This document shows, piece after piece, positions 47,885 to 61,624 of a stretch of 64,000 bases of DNA. The position numbers and the translations under genes are program-made. A model generated the notes under the pieces. That model made no database searches. It was not told where the DNA came from and was given only the letters and a program-made list of their open reading frames with translations. Position 1 is the stretch's first letter; the number at the start of each line of letters is the position of its first letter. The DNA is from Xylographa opegraphella (lineage: Eukaryota): assembly GCA_022813865.1 (NCBI GenBank), contig JALDZX010000063.1, positions 1-64,000 of the forward strand. The letters are read 5' to 3'.

Positions 47885-49292
47885 CGTAACGGACTGGTAA
47901 TTATTGACACTAAGAGATCTTGAACTGGAATTGACTTCGGAGACTACAACTCTCAGCGTAAGACGAGGTGACCAAAGGATGTCGAGTGAGTACTGAGAAG
48001 TGAACGGAGATCAAGGTGAAGGTGAATACTGCTGTGCGAAAAGTGAATCAGCTCTATTTTGTTTAAAGCCGGCGTATGACGACGCTGCTGCGAAGTTTTC
48101 TCTTCGCGACAGTGGGGCGAACAGTATGCTGCGCGACTTACGATACAATCGGTCCTACGAATGTGACTTGTCGCTGAAATCAATCCTGCACAATATGGAA
48201 TATCTGAGGATTACCGATTCAAAAGTCTCTTTCAGTAACAATACTCTGCGCCGAGAATAGTAGGCAGTAATGCGTGGGCGACACTCGGACGGTCGTGTAT
48301 CGATAGAATGGAACCCGCTGAACAGAGATGAACCAAAGCAGACTTTTGAGTGAGAATGGGATGCGAGTTATGTCTGTGTGCGAGTAGGTTGCAAGAGATC
48401 GATTGAGATTTGTACCCTTTAGATAGGATAATCGGTGCAGAAGATGCAAAGGATTCACTTGAATATCTAGGTAGTCACAATCCACGGCATTAGCCTTAAT
48501 TCACCACGATGGTAATGCGCTCGTGTCATTCACTGATATACCATTCGGGGCCGATGTGAAGACAGTGCGATATTGTGCGGTGATGGAACAGAGTGGGCTT
48601 ATTGCGCCGCGTGCCGACGAGAGTCCGAAGCGGCAGTGACCCAGCTGTCACCCGCAGCAGCTTGGCTCATCCCTCAGTGACAGGAGTTGTGGGGCATTTT
48701 GGATGCAGGCAAGGAGTTGAACTGGTGACGTCTCGGCACGACCGGGCATATGGGGGAAAGGGAAAAAAAATCGGTATGGGGCAGAGACTCACCACGGTTC
48801 AGAACGCTGCGCTGGATGCAGATAAAGCAGAGGCCGATCGATATCAAGAAATCAAGAACACCCGCGACACGCAAGGACACGACGAGACGAGATGATAATC
48901 GATAAAGACAATGCTTTTGGGTCGAGACGATCAGAGGAGGAGAGAGGGAGTGGGCGAGGGGAGGGGAGTGGACGTTATTATTATGGGCCACACACAAACT
49001 CAAATCCGGATAACTTTAGTTTCTCTTGCTACCTATCCTCTAAAAGCTTGTGACCAGCAGCTACGACGACCGCACGGCTGTACCACCGACGTGCACTTGG
49101 GGAGCAGCGGTGTTTCGCTGCTCGCCATGGCTGCGGCCACGGCCACGGCCACGACCACTCGGCTACGATGCTTCGGGTGCTGTCGTTCTCACCGCGTACG
49201 GAGGACTCCCGCTCTTGCTGCTACATTGCGCCATCTGTTTGGCGGCCAACAACTACACCATTGCTACTTTAGGCGATCCGCACCTGACGGGG

Positions 49293-49324
49293 GGAGGAGG
49301 AGGAGGAGGAGGAGGAGGAGGAGG
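49293..49324. repeat. (GGA)n microsatellite
   Basis: About 10 perfect GGA units. Confidence 0.95.
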
Positions 49325-50472
49325 CACTTAAGGTAAGGTAGGTAAGGATTTCTGATACTTGGGCCAGAAGCAGATTGGGGTAAGGTGGAAAGCTTTGCCT
49401 GCGCCCGCTGAGTGGCCAATGGCTTGTGGGCACTGGCAAGTCTATTATGCATGGTCATATCCGGCACGCTGCCTTTTCGCCGCCGAATGGGTTTGCCCCA
49501 ACCGCGGCTGGCCGCATGCGAGGCCGCGAAGGCAAGCACAGGCATCGATGAGCACGCACCCAGAGCTGAGAAGGCCTCGGTGTCGCGGAAAGATGAATGG
49601 CAGCGAAGGAGAGGCATAAGGTACGGTATGTATAATAATAATACTGAAGAGCTAATAAAGATTGTGTGGGTTTCGAATGACGGATCTCACTGTGTACAGG
49701 GCTGATGATGGACCTAGCCGAAATCCGAATTCTCTTAGGACCAAAGGGAGCTTAGCCTGTGAAAGACTTCGAAATCACTCGCATCTCTAGCACGCTGCAC
49801 AAGTCTGGGCGCGAAACATCTCGACTTGTGTCCCTCTCTCTCTCTCTCTCGCCCTCCTCCCTCCCTTCTCTCCCTTGCGTATCAAGCTGGTCCTGTGACG
49901 GGCCTTGCTTTGCGACTAGCATTCCCGACCCGCCAAGGGACCCTTTTTTCACTACTCGCTACAGAGAATTTCTGTCGGCCTCTTTGGGTTTAGGCTTTGG
50001 GGGGATTGTGGAGGGGGGCTTTCTAGAAGAATCGGCACTTGCCAGCTGTCTGCGCTCCCGTCACGGAGAAATCGCACATGCATCGTAATGCGGTCACGGG
50101 ACATGCGAACGCCTGAGTCTAAACTGTATGGACAAGCAGTCCACATGATGTCAATATCGACGCTCGAAGATGTCGTCCCACTATACACTATACACTGACA
50201 GACCCTCTTGGGACCTGCGATCTTGTCATCCGAATCAGTCCACCCCACCCTGGTGGTATATGGCCATGTATCCAATCCACAACTCCCCCATTTACGCTGT
50301 ACTACCCGCCCAGCTTGCTGACCCACCCCGATCCTGCTCGTGTCAAGTTGCAGCGGAAACCAAAATATACAGAACGGTGCCGTCAAGCGCCCATTCATCT
50401 GCATTCTGCACGTCGTCCACGCTTCGCCAGCTGAGATCGTGACATCGCACCGCAGTCCTTTGACATGTGGCG

Positions 50473-53400
50473 TCAGTGCCCTTCCGCCACTGGAGCATCC
50501 CCAGTCTCGCTGCCCGCGGGCCCCGGGATGCTGTCGTCGACGCTGCTGCCGGCTGTCGTTGGTGGGGTTGTGGTGTGGTCTCCGTTGTCTCCGTCGGCTG
50601 CCCCTTGTTGTGGTTCCGGCCCACTGCCGACCGATCGCTGCGTCCCACCACTACTGGGGGCTCGCTCGAGATCGTGCGGGCTACCGACCTTCTCCGTCTC
50701 ATGCGGTGCCTCGTCCGCCAAAGGGGCGCTGAAGGGCGGGCTGGACCCCGGCATCCCACCTTCAGCGGTGTTTTTCTCTACCTCGGGTGGGATGTACTCG
50801 TAGCTCAAGTCGAGGCCTTGTATGTTGAGGCCCGTCTCATCACTCGGCGTCGTTGACGCGTCGGCCTGAGTCCGATCTTTGGTGGCGAGACTCTCGTCTC
50901 CGCCCATCAGTCCGGGTGGCCGTTGTCGCATGGCCTTGGCTTTTGCGAGACTGATCGTCTTCTGGTTATAGGTCGTCTTGATCGGGTTGACGTCGTCTCG
51001 TTCGATCGTGGCTTTCATCAGGGCAGCCATCCACAGACGACCTTGCTGTACGTTGTCGACCGCGAAATAGTGGATCGTCGGCTTGGTGAAATTCACCGCG
51101 CGGGAAAGGCCGGCTCGAGGCGGAACTAGCTTGAAGATGAAAATCCCATCGGTCGCGGGCTTCTGTGAACCGGTATCTGTCTGGGCCGCAACTTCGGCAT
51201 CGTTTAAAGTCGGCGTATGGGAATTGGCAGGAGATGTTGGGGAGCTTTTCGCACCAGTGACAGTTGCATGGAGACCCGTGAGGCGATCATTGTTCGCAGA
51301 GAGTACGCGATGCGAAGATATATCGATCAGTCCTTTTTCTTCCGTGTCGTTTTCCGAATAGTAATACGATAAGCGCCTGCCGCGCAGCACAAAGAGCCGC
51401 GGTTTCCATGTTGTCATAAGGCTTGGGGACTTCTTCTTCATCCACCCGCTGTAGTCGCAGTCCAACATCTGTTCTTGAGGTGACCGTTTCTCGAGACCGC
51501 GCGTATAAGCACTCGTCTTCTTCTTATCCCTTCCCCGCTTGGTACCGCCAACTGGTACGATCACAATCGGGGTACTACTCGTGTCCTTGGAGGAAGCGTC
51601 GGTACTTTCGAGCTCAAAACTTTTGGATGCACCTGAAGTCGTTGTCGAGCCAGTCCGCGTTGGTGATTGGATCGGTGATTCTTTGATTGCGGAATTGATC
51701 GAGGATGGAGAGGCAACCAAAGTTTTTTCGCTTTTAGTTACCGCATCTGAAGTGGTCCGAACACCAACTTGGGGCTTGTCCGAGGCATGATTGAGATTGC
51801 CCATGCGGGTGAAGGGGCCCTGCTTGATGGATGGCGATTCTGTATCAGGCCTTGGAGAAGGTACGTTGACGCTAGATTCTGGAGAATCTCCGTAGTCGAG
51901 CTTTGTGACTACCGGCGAGACCACTCCCTTGGCGGAACCAGTGTCCAAAGCTTTGGCTGAGACATTTTCTTTGACACTAGAGGACCGAAATCGGCCTTTT
52001 ATACTGTTTGCGTGATATATCTTCGATGCGGGAGATGTGACGGACGCAAGGGTGTCTCTGATGGAGTCTGCGCTGGCAAATCGTGAATGTCGTTTAGGAA
52101 CGCTAAGTTTGCTGCTGCTCTCTTCTCTATAACTGCTTTGACGTGAATGGCTCGCACTTACGACGTCTCTCTTTCTCAATACGTTACGAGATTTCTTACC
52201 ATCGATCTCGCTGCTAGATAAATAGCCGTGGTCGACGTCTCCAGGAATAGGCCGCTCTAATCCGAGATCCTGAATGTTAGGATGGAAGCTATTCCGGTCC
52301 GTACTCAGTGGGAGGCCATGGCTGCTCATACCCAAAGCGGTTATGGCCAGAGCAGATGTTGTCTGAGAAGTGCTGTCGCCAATAGCGCCACCCATTGTCC
52401 AATTACGATCAAAAGACGGATGCTTTTTGTGCGGCGATGGAGTGCGATTCGGTGATCTGGGCTGTTCCACGTCAAGAAACTTTGAGGATGCAGACTTCGG
52501 ACTGAAGTCTGCTGAGGAATGCCGGCGAGAGTGGTTGAAATCTCGAATAGAAGCGGCAGAAGGGCGCGGGCTGTGGCGCGGGCTATCGAAAGGTCGAAAT
52601 GATGAAGCAGTAGGTGGTGTGCCATGAACATCATTGGATAATCGTGGAGATGACGATATCGGTGGATTCTCTTGGCGTGGCTGTCGTGTATCTACTCTTG
52701 AATTGTTGTGGTCGTTTAAGCTGAGCATTCGCGGAAGCATAGAGCCGCTGGTGCTCGATTGACTGAGTGTCCTATCGAAATCGTCCGACGAAGTACCGGA
52801 ACCACCAAATAGATTCACAGCTCGTGATCGTGGTTGTTTGTAAGCCTTGACCTCTTCTTGAAACGCTTTGATTTTGTGCCAAGTCCTTAACCTTCTGCCA
52901 ACCAATCCCAAGTCAAATTCCTTCATGAAAACCGAGGCTTGATCCATACTCATCAGCACTTCGCCTGTGATTTCTTGTTCCTTGAATACCTCACAATGCC
53001 GGCTCTCTACGCCAAGCTCTCTAAGACATTGGGCCACTTGCAAGGGAGTCCACTCAAGCACCTCAGCTTCGTTATGAGCAGCTCGTTCTTCCTCGTCAGT
53101 CTCATTCCCGTTTATATAAGATAATCGGTGATCGATATGACTGCTGTATTCGCTACCGGAGTCATTGGTAGCTCTGAGATCTGGGGCTAAAAGACTTGAT
53201 CGCGGAGTGTTTAGATCTGTTATATGCTCGTCAATTACACTGAGTGTTTCGTTCATAACAGGGCTATCCTCTCCATGATTGCGGTTCCCACCCATCATCA
53301 TACTGATACTGCGTTGAGCTGCAATAGGTACTGTTGATATTTGAGTCGAAAAGGCGGCTGCTGGGAGTGACGCGGTTCGTGGACTTCCCGACGAAGAGTA

Positions 53401-54037
53401 CAACGGAGGGGGTGTTGCACGGGTGGAGTTTTTATATTGGTCTGATATCTCATGGTAAGAGGGCTGCCGGTTAAGTGTTTCTTGACTAACGGTGGATGCG
53501 ATGCTGTGTCGATCGCCATTTGAGAATTTGGGCGACGCACTAGAGATAATAGGGAATTCCTGAGTGTGAGAATCGGTATTCTGGATAGACTTTGCAAGGT
53601 GTGAATAAGTTTGTCGCAGAGCGGTCATGGTGTATACTATAGCAAGAAACGTATTAAACCTTTATTCACATGATAGAGCTCTGTAGTAATTGCGATAGCC
53701 GAACCTACCTTCAGGAAACAGGCCCGTCCGGCCATTCTGTAAGTGCTTTCCCAGATACCATCCATCCCCGAAGTCGTCATCTCGTTCGATAAGTTCTATT
53801 TTATCGCCTTTGGCAAGACTCAGTTCATCTGCGCTACGAGCCTCAAAGTCGTCTGTAGACATAAGATAATTAGCATACACTCGCCATGTAAGACTTACCA
53901 GTAGAAATTCTCGTAGCTGGCCATTTGAGGAGATTGTTCGAGTCAATGGATTGTATGGTGTTACACTTACGGACAACTAGGAGTAATTGCCCAGGACTCG
54001 CCTCCTTTGGCGATTCTCCTAGATTTCTGAAAGCCAT
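50473..54037 (-). CDS. SH3-SAM-PH polarity protein Boi1/Boi2/Pob1 family
   Basis: Exons 54037-53971, optional 53916-53899, 53852-53709 and 53636-50473. SH3 (DFEARSADELSL..GD.IELIERDDDFGDGWYLG...GLFPEVYT), SAM (WTPLQVA...FKEQEITGEVL...GRRL) and PH (SGWMKKK...WKPRLFVLRGRRLSYY...LWMAALMKATI). Confidence 0.92.
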
Positions 54038-54772
54038 AGCTGTCAAAATTTCTTCGAGTTCCACATGAAGAAACAATACAGCAGCTGTTCCGACACTCCC
54101 CAGTTCGGCTGAGGACAGACGCAAATCGTCCAAACGCGTTGCTATCCCTCAATCTAATCCGATATACATCAGCAGAACTTGTTCACAGAAGTTATTCGGA
54201 TAGAGACGGGCGGAGACATCAAAGTCGCACATCGTTGTTGAGAGATGCGCAAGTTCCAGCCTGACGACAAGCTCCTCCGGGCGCTTGCCTCGACAAGGAT
54301 TATTTAACCGTGAGGCGGGCCGATCTTCATCTACCGCAGCCAATCATTGACACGCTGAAGAGTGACCCTAGTAAAGTCTTAGCGTGGGCAACATGTTTCG
54401 TGATGGGACTTCTTTTTGCAAGTCTGACGAAGCACAGCAAGAGACGTTGGTTGAATTGAGATCAGCCACACTCTCGTAGCCACCAAACCAGGATACATGA
54501 CTCAACGTGAAACTCCCTGGTGGAATCACCAAAGCCTAGGCTACGCCTGTATCGTTCAACATCTCTCCGACGACTAGGACGACAGACAAAAAGTGAAATA
54601 AAGCAGTGAATGTGGCCAAAATTCGGCGGCGAGAATTCACACAGCAGACCAAGCCACTGAATGGGCTCTATAGATACACATAGTCAATACAAGTGCTTGA
54701 TGTACCTTTTACAGCACAGAGAAATTGGATTCAGTGCAGCAGCACAGCGGTGCGGAGACACAACATTCTACA

Positions 54773-57700
54773 ATGTCAGGAAGTGCAACAAACCCTCACA
54801 AGCGTCCACGTGTTCGTGATTCCGGGGTCAGATCGGGTCCGGCGCAAGAGATGGACTTCGTGAATTCAACAATGACACAATTTCTGGGAGGGAAGAGGAA
54901 GTCTTGGATGACTGGGCAGCATTGCGAAGTTCGCCATACCTGCCAGCGTGAGGCTATTCAGCAAAGCTCAAAGGATACACACGCACGGCCGACAGCGTTT
55001 CAGCCACCCCGGAAAGATTTGACGACTCGACCGCCTCCTGAAGCAGTAAATTCTCCACGTGCACAAGTCTTGTCGGCAAATTCGGAGCCTCGATCAGTGC
55101 AAGCGACAGAGCAAGAGCAAACTGCCGTATCAACAAAGCAACGGATGACTGCCCCAGATCCTTCACTACCGTCACCTGCCCCAAGCGACGACGCCCAGCA
55201 CATCACGGATGTCAATGTGGACAATTCTCATGGGACATTCTCCGAAGGTGGACAACGGGTCACGAATCCGATTCTCATTCAGGAGTACCTTGAGCAGCCA
55301 ACAAGGCAGAGCGCGGTATCCCAAATACCTCAGACTGCTGAAAAATTGCTAAGCTTGGCAGAGAAATATGGAGGTGTTGACGAGCTACAAAGACGATTAG
55401 AAGCGACCGAGAGCGCAGCACAGAGTAGACCTATTTCAGCTGGAATTTCACGGAACACGCCCCGTTCTGGAAATAGTGCACTACATACGTTGACAGGTAC
55501 TGGTAGCACATCTTCACACCGCCCTTGGCCCACGGCAGCCAATGTCATATTGGAGGGTCTGAATTCAGGCCCCACTAATGGTAATGCAAGCGGGTATGGG
55601 CCTAACATAGATATGTTGGCTTCTGGTCTACAATTTCTTCTCCCTACTATCTCTTCACGCATAGAATCAGTGCGAAGAATTCAGATGCTAGGACAGATGG
55701 GACCTTTGGAAGAAAGCCGCTTGCGGCTACTCCATACAGCTTGCCAATCTGGAGATGTTTTCTACCTTGTGCTTCATCAGTTGTACTGCCTTTACGATAC
55801 GCCTGGGTTTCTCAGAGGACATTTGAATCTGAATGAAGTTCAGACTAATGGCCTGAAGGTGGTGGAGGAGCTAATACTACCGAACAAGGGGCTCATGCAC
55901 GAGCCGATTGTTTGGCTGTCCGCGTTTCCGCAGTCGCTTGAATCGCTTCTCCGGCTCTCCTCTATTTACCAAAGCGCCTACTCAGATGTAAGGCGTTGTC
56001 TAGAACTGCTCGGTCATGGCTGGTTCCAGTTCAAGGGTGTCTGTATCACACGAAAAAGTCCACCTCTAGTCGATTACATGAATTCAGATCTTGGAGTTAA
56101 ATCCACGGTGTTGCAGCAAGTGATATACACAGCTCTCCATCGGCTTCTATGGAGTGGCAATCATGATGCTTGTTCACTCAAAAGTGCTAATTTATTTAAA
56201 GATAACCAACGAGTGTCGCAACAATGGCACTTGCGCTGCATCAATGGTAACCCTCCATCCAAAGATGAGATGAGCTTTTACTATCAGAAACTGGTCACCG
56301 AGTACCAGTATTTGCAGAACTACCATGTGCAGCATCTACATGGGATTGTGACACCTGGGTATGAGGCTCGTCAGCCTCCATCCACTATGAGGCCACCACC
56401 GGCACATAATGTGGCGTCTCCAACCTATCAGTCTCGTCCGATACCCACACCTATATTGCTTTCTTCTAGATGGAGCTCCTCCGGTCTTGCAACCCCGGTC
56501 CAGAGTCCTGTCGCAGCTTCACCCACAAGCAACGCGTCAGTGTTTACAGAAAGACAGCATCAGCATCACACTATGAACGCTACTCAACAAAGCACTATTC
56601 CTGCTCCAACCACTTACAACCAGGCAAGAATCTTCCCTTTGCCGCCTTCGCGCGCGGCCAGTCCACAGACACAGCCCGGCCCTGATTACTATGATCCACC
56701 ACCGCTTGTGAGTCTACTACCAACGATTGGTTTCTCCTTGCAATACAATGGGCAGCCACTGGATAATACTGCTTTGCATCAAGCTCACCTTAGAGAACCC
56801 GACTTCTGCATCAAGAGGGCGGATCATGAACCCAAAGACAGTTCATATTTTCAGTATTTCAAGGGGCTCGCATTCCGGCCTGCTTTGATCCGTCCACGGG
56901 ATCGTAATCTGTACTTAAATTTCTCGATATCGACAGAAATGTTTGCTACACTAGTAAAAGACGAGCTGCGACCGCAGGGAGCTCTTAACATTCGAACCGT
57001 GCAAGATAAATCTCATTCTTTCCGACTTCGTTGCATAAGGGTAGGACATCTCAACAAGCAATCCAAATTGCCATGGCTAAGTGAGGAAACCTCGTGGCCA
57101 AACAATGCCGTCTTTGTTTGCAACAATACTCATCTCGAGCTTCGCAAGAAAGCTCATTATGGGAAAGACCTGCCAGTTGACATTACGGGTCTTGTTCAGC
57201 AGGGAGACAACAGTTTGCATGTCGCTCTCATACGCGTTGGCCCCTTGGCTATTGAAACTGATCCCACCTTTGCAGTAGCTGTTGAGGTTATTGAGATTGG
57301 GAATTTGAGCACCGTCAAGGGATATGTCCGCCAGGTTGAAACAACGATGATAGAGAGGATCCAAACGAGGCTCAAACCTACAGACAGCGAGGTTGAAGTA
57401 TTGAATGGCGATATCATCATCGATGTGATCGATCCCTACAGCTCCTCCCTGATTAAGACACCCGCGCAAGGCGCTAATTGTCGCCACTACGAGTGCTTTG
57501 ATCTGGATAACTTTCTCGAAACTCGTCTGGGATCGCCGAAAGGGTCGCCTTGTCAGCCGGAGCAGTTTAGATGCCCTATCTGTAATGGCGATGCCCGCCC
57601 GCAGTCTCTAGTTATCGATCAGTGGTTTTGTCAGGTGCTAGCACAAATAAAGCAGAAAAACCGGCTCGATGCACGTTCAATCGTCATAGACGCTTCTGGA

Positions 57701-57838
57701 GCATGGCATATCAAAGAAGAGGAAGCCGAAGGAGAGAGTGGAGATGGGACAGGACAACGAAAACGATCCTTGATTGCACCTGCGGACTCACGGAGAGCTT
57801 CCAGACCAATCGAGTTCGAAGTCATTGAGATAGACTAG
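54773..57838 (+). CDS. MIZ/SP-RING zinc-finger protein (SUMO-ligase-like)
   Basis: Intronless ORF of about 1020 aa. C-terminal DPYS...TPAQGANCRHYECFDL...FRCPIC.GDARPQSL.ID.WF, preceded by RKKAHYGKDLPVDIT. Ends in SIM-like EVIEID. Confidence 0.88.
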   Translation: MSGSATNPHKRPRVRDSGVRSGPAQEMDFVNSTMTQFLGGKRKSWMTGQHCEVRHTCQREAIQQSSKDTHARPTAFQPPRKDLTTRPPPEAVNSPRAQVLSANSEPRSVQATEQEQTAVSTKQRMTAPDPSLPSPAPSDDAQHITDVNVDNSHGTFSEGGQRVTNPILIQEYLEQPTRQSAVSQIPQTAEKLLSLAEKYGGVDELQRRLEATESAAQSRPISAGISRNTPRSGNSALHTLTGTGSTSSHRPWPTAANVILEGLNSGPTNGNASGYGPNIDMLASGLQFLLPTISSRIESVRRIQMLGQMGPLEESRLRLLHTACQSGDVFYLVLHQLYCLYDTPGFLRGHLNLNEVQTNGLKVVEELILPNKGLMHEPIVWLSAFPQSLESLLRLSSIYQSAYSDVRRCLELLGHGWFQFKGVCITRKSPPLVDYMNSDLGVKSTVLQQVIYTALHRLLWSGNHDACSLKSANLFKDNQRVSQQWHLRCINGNPPSKDEMSFYYQKLVTEYQYLQNYHVQHLHGIVTPGYEARQPPSTMRPPPAHNVASPTYQSRPIPTPILLSSRWSSSGLATPVQSPVAASPTSNASVFTERQHQHHTMNATQQSTIPAPTTYNQARIFPLPPSRAASPQTQPGPDYYDPPPLVSLLPTIGFSLQYNGQPLDNTALHQAHLREPDFCIKRADHEPKDSSYFQYFKGLAFRPALIRPRDRNLYLNFSISTEMFATLVKDELRPQGALNIRTVQDKSHSFRLRCIRVGHLNKQSKLPWLSEETSWPNNAVFVCNNTHLELRKKAHYGKDLPVDITGLVQQGDNSLHVALIRVGPLAIETDPTFAVAVEVIEIGNLSTVKGYVRQVETTMIERIQTRLKPTDSEVEVLNGDIIIDVIDPYSSSLIKTPAQGANCRHYECFDLDNFLETRLGSPKGSPCQPEQFRCPICNGDARPQSLVIDQWFCQVLAQIKQKNRLDARSIVIDASGAWHIKEEEAEGESGDGTGQRKRSLIAPADSRRASRPIEFEVIEID

Positions 57839-59395
57839 GCGCCTGTTTGTTATTCTTTATTGATTTGCTACTATACCCTGGGAGCGTTGGTACTGCTTTT
57901 GGCCTGTGGCCCTCGGCTGTTTTCGCTGCAGCTTGGCTTCTACAGCAACACTAATAGCTAGACAGGTTACTCCTTATGCTGTATCAAGAAATTCTGTTCA
58001 TGCGAGTGAGAAATTCTAATGCCATGTAACATTACGTGTAGCGGATGCGCTTCGACAGACTCGCATTATCCAGCTATGGAATCGGCGCCTCGTAAGCTGC
58101 ACCTGACGCATGATATTCACCGCTCACGCAGAAAGTGGAGAGGCGGCCAGACTGCTCCAGAGACGATGTGTGTACCGTTTCTCCTGTTCATTTGCCAGGC
58201 ACCTTTGGAACAGCCATTCCTCTCGTGACCAATACCATAAGCAAGTACGGTACAGAGAATGGGTTGGTTTGTAGAAAATACACGAGGATATCGAGCCGAA
58301 GGTATGGCTCCAATTTGGCGAATACTCATCTGTTTGCATGGCGGTTAATCATGCTGTGTTATTCCAAAATATCAGCATCACTACTTATCCATAGCCCGTT
58401 GAATACGCACAGGTCGGTCAGTATGAACAACTGAACCGTCTAATATACTGTGAAACGCTAACGCAACGAGACATAGGCAGATTGTCAGAAAGGGCTGCCA
58501 TTACTTCACTCTCTATATCCTAGCACAGGTATCAAGGAAATCTAATAATACCAAATCCGACCCAATACCAAAATGAAGGTAAAACTTCAGCATGGATGAT
58601 GGGTCGTCGCATCCACCAGAATATATCGGGAGATAGCGCCGTGAAGCTTGAGACGCGCTTTTCTGAAAGAAAGACAACCAACGATGATACGTGTGCCTTT
58701 AAAGGCGTATGAGTCTTCCTAAGCGCGTTTCTGTGTTCGAGGAAACCCACTACAATTTCCAACCCGAATAGTCACTAGTTTCCTGATCACACTCAGGTAT
58801 TATAGATACTGGCCACCATATGCTAGTCCTTGTTATGAAAAATGTATAGCTCGGCGCATGTACCAGTACTGATCGATTTCCTTTGCTAGTGGTCAAAAAT
58901 CTACGCAAGATCATGATTTCAAATCAGATGTTTCCCCGTCTCGAGTCCTCATTTGATAGGCATTGTGAGGTGCAGGAGGTAGCTTCGAGCTGAAAGAGCT
59001 GCCGTAGGCTTTCTGGCGGATGTATCAAGACAAGTTTGTTGAGGAATTCTGTACATACAAGATGATCTGTGAGTATTCGTTGTACGATACGCTGCGTTTT
59101 TGACATATCTTGTTAATGATCATCACCAAACCTAAGTTTTTACTTCGTAACCCGAGCATTTGACTACAGTGGAATTCGTGGTATGCTGAAACCAACCATC
59201 GTACGACCAAGTGACTTGAGGAATGCACGTCCAACCGCTCTTCATATTGTGAGTGAATGATTCATGCTTTCCCCAAGCATCCCCAAACTCGAGCTCATAT
59301 GTTTGTTGCCCATGGTCTTTGTTCTTCTAATTAAACATACCAATACGATATATCCTTCCCACAATAAAAACTTCCAAATACACTGAACTAATAAC

Positions 59396-60710
59396 ATGGA
59401 AACCGAAGGCAGCACACCAATCGTGGCGGAACCCAGTCCTCGGAACAAGAAAGCTCATAACTCACCACAAGATGCTGGCAATCTGCGCCATCCCCCGAGG
59501 AAGACTGTTCATCCGAAGGTGGCTCTACTTTTCGCAGACGAAGCTGGCCAAGATCTGGCTCTTCCATCTGCAAAACGAGACCCGTACAAGATCGAGGTCG
59601 TTCCAGGTACACACCCCTCACAGCATCGCAATCTACAGCTTCTGATACACAGCAGTCTGTGGGTACAAGCACGGCTATCCCCAGCTCGCGGCCTTCGTCG
59701 GCTGCGACCCCAACTTCGCCATCTACCGCCAGTTCAAGACGGTCCGGCATCGCTGCCTCCTGTACATGCAAGACGAGCTGCGAGCTCTCGAGCATGAGCT
59801 CGAGCAGATGGATCTCCAAGATAGCCTGTCGAACCCGAGGTTGCTCTCCAAGAGATCCAGTGATGCAAGGGAAGATCCGCCGAGGCGGATGCAGCTAATT
59901 GCGAAGATCCGGGACAAAATGCACGAATATGGTGGGTGAGCTTGACGCAAAATGTTTCGTGTCATGGTGTTGAATGGCAGACTGCTGTATATCCAGATGA
60001 ATTGCTCTGCAGCACCAAAAAAATGATGCAATTGCAGCCGCCGACGGAGCGTAACCGGCGCAGCTATGTCAATTATATTAACAACGAGCAGCCCACCGTG
60101 GAACGCGAGCGCACCTTCATCCAACGCAGCGATGACTTGATCACCCTGGCCGGGAACCGGCAGAATAGCTGGCTGTATGGCACGGTTGAGCGGCTTGTCA
60201 GCATCACCTCTCCCAGGCTCGCAACCGTAAGCATCACAGTACGATCCCATGCTTGTGCCATATATGCGCCGCCATAGCTACCAGACTTTCACTGATTAAT
60301 CCAGGCCGTGTTCCAGGACAAAGTCCAGACACTACTCCTCACGGGCAACGAGGAGCTCCGCTTATTTGACAAGACGCGCTTCGATGCCTTGGTCCGCTTT
60401 GTCGTGACTTGCAGCATCACAGTCCTAATTTTAACTTCCACATCCGCTCTACCGCTAGCGCAGCAAGCTGCCTATGGCAGTGAGGTGATCCTGCTTCTCA
60501 CTGGCAGCTTTGCAAGTCTGGTCGCTTTGTTCACCGATACTACGAGAGGCGAGCTCTTCGCCGCCACGGTCGGGTATGTACAATTGAATTGCCTTCGACG
60601 AAGGTCGATCGGCCATTCATATAAGGAGTGCTAAATCGGTGCTTAGGTACTACGCCGTCCTCGTCGTAACCCTCCATAGCTCTGCCCTCGGCAAAGGTGG
60701 CAAAGCTTGA
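59396..60710 (+). CDS. DUF6594-like fungal membrane protein, 5 exons
   Basis: Exons about 59396-59606, 59653-59931, 59997-60226, 60305-60573 and 60647-60710. GYPQLAAFVGCDPNFAIYRQF...LLYMQDELRALE signature; C-terminal TM helices ending ELFAATVGYYAVLVV. Confidence 0.8.
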
Positions 60711-61624
60711 GCATAGAACGGCACCCTATTCACGCGCTGCAAATTAACCTGAGCAAAGGTTTGGTATGCGGAGACGGAGGGCGTGATCTAGCCTTCAAAC
60801 AAGTACTTTCCAGTGTCTAGAACCCGTACAGGATAGTGTAGGTCTCCGTCAGCGTGTACTTTCTCAGGGATGGCATCGATGAAAACCCTACCAGCGCGTG
60901 CTAGGTTGGCGGTGTTGAAGTATTAGCATTACTGTATAGATATCTCTAGCAACCTGCCAAGCTTATTTACCAAGACTACTCCTATTATGTACTGCAGTGA
61001 AGACACAGAGCACTTATGATGTGCGCAGAGATGCCGTGCGGGAAAAGCCTGGTCTGTCAGGGAGTAGCTTCCTCCCATTCCCATGCATTGTGCGTGAAAT
61101 CCGTTATCGGTGGGCCCTTCCGTGATACCTTACGCTCTAAATCCAGAATAGGTGACTCGAGCGTGTCGAGGCTCGCCCACCAGACGGCTATCAATCCATA
61201 CGCATGAGAAATGCTTGTAGCAGCGATCAACAGCGCGTGGGTCGAGAACCGAGCTCAACTGTTGGGCTGAGGAACAAGCCCTATTTGCTGTAGGTGCACT
61301 CTGACCGGTAGTGAGATGTTTGACTCTAAATCCAACCTATAATCGACTACTTACCTCAAATCACATTGCAGCATACATGAAGGCAAGCGAGAGGCAGGAT
61401 GCTGCATACTGAACATCCCATTGTCTAAACTGCCAGCAGGGAAAATTCACATTACTAGATATGCAGGACGACCAAAAACCAACACCGGATCCACACGGGA
61501 GATGCAACGCTAAAAAACAACAGTACCCTATGCATTCATGCTTGCGAACAGGACCAAGGGTTCCAGTTCATTATGTACAGTGTAATAATAAGCCCGTTGT
61601 AGTCTCCCCTGTACGCATGTTTCT

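Noticed and set aside
17448..54037. A larger developmental cluster (som1, HET, noxD-noxA, Boi1)
   Set aside because: The genes are interspersed with unrelated housekeeping genes; nothing in the sequence supports co-regulation beyond the nox pair.
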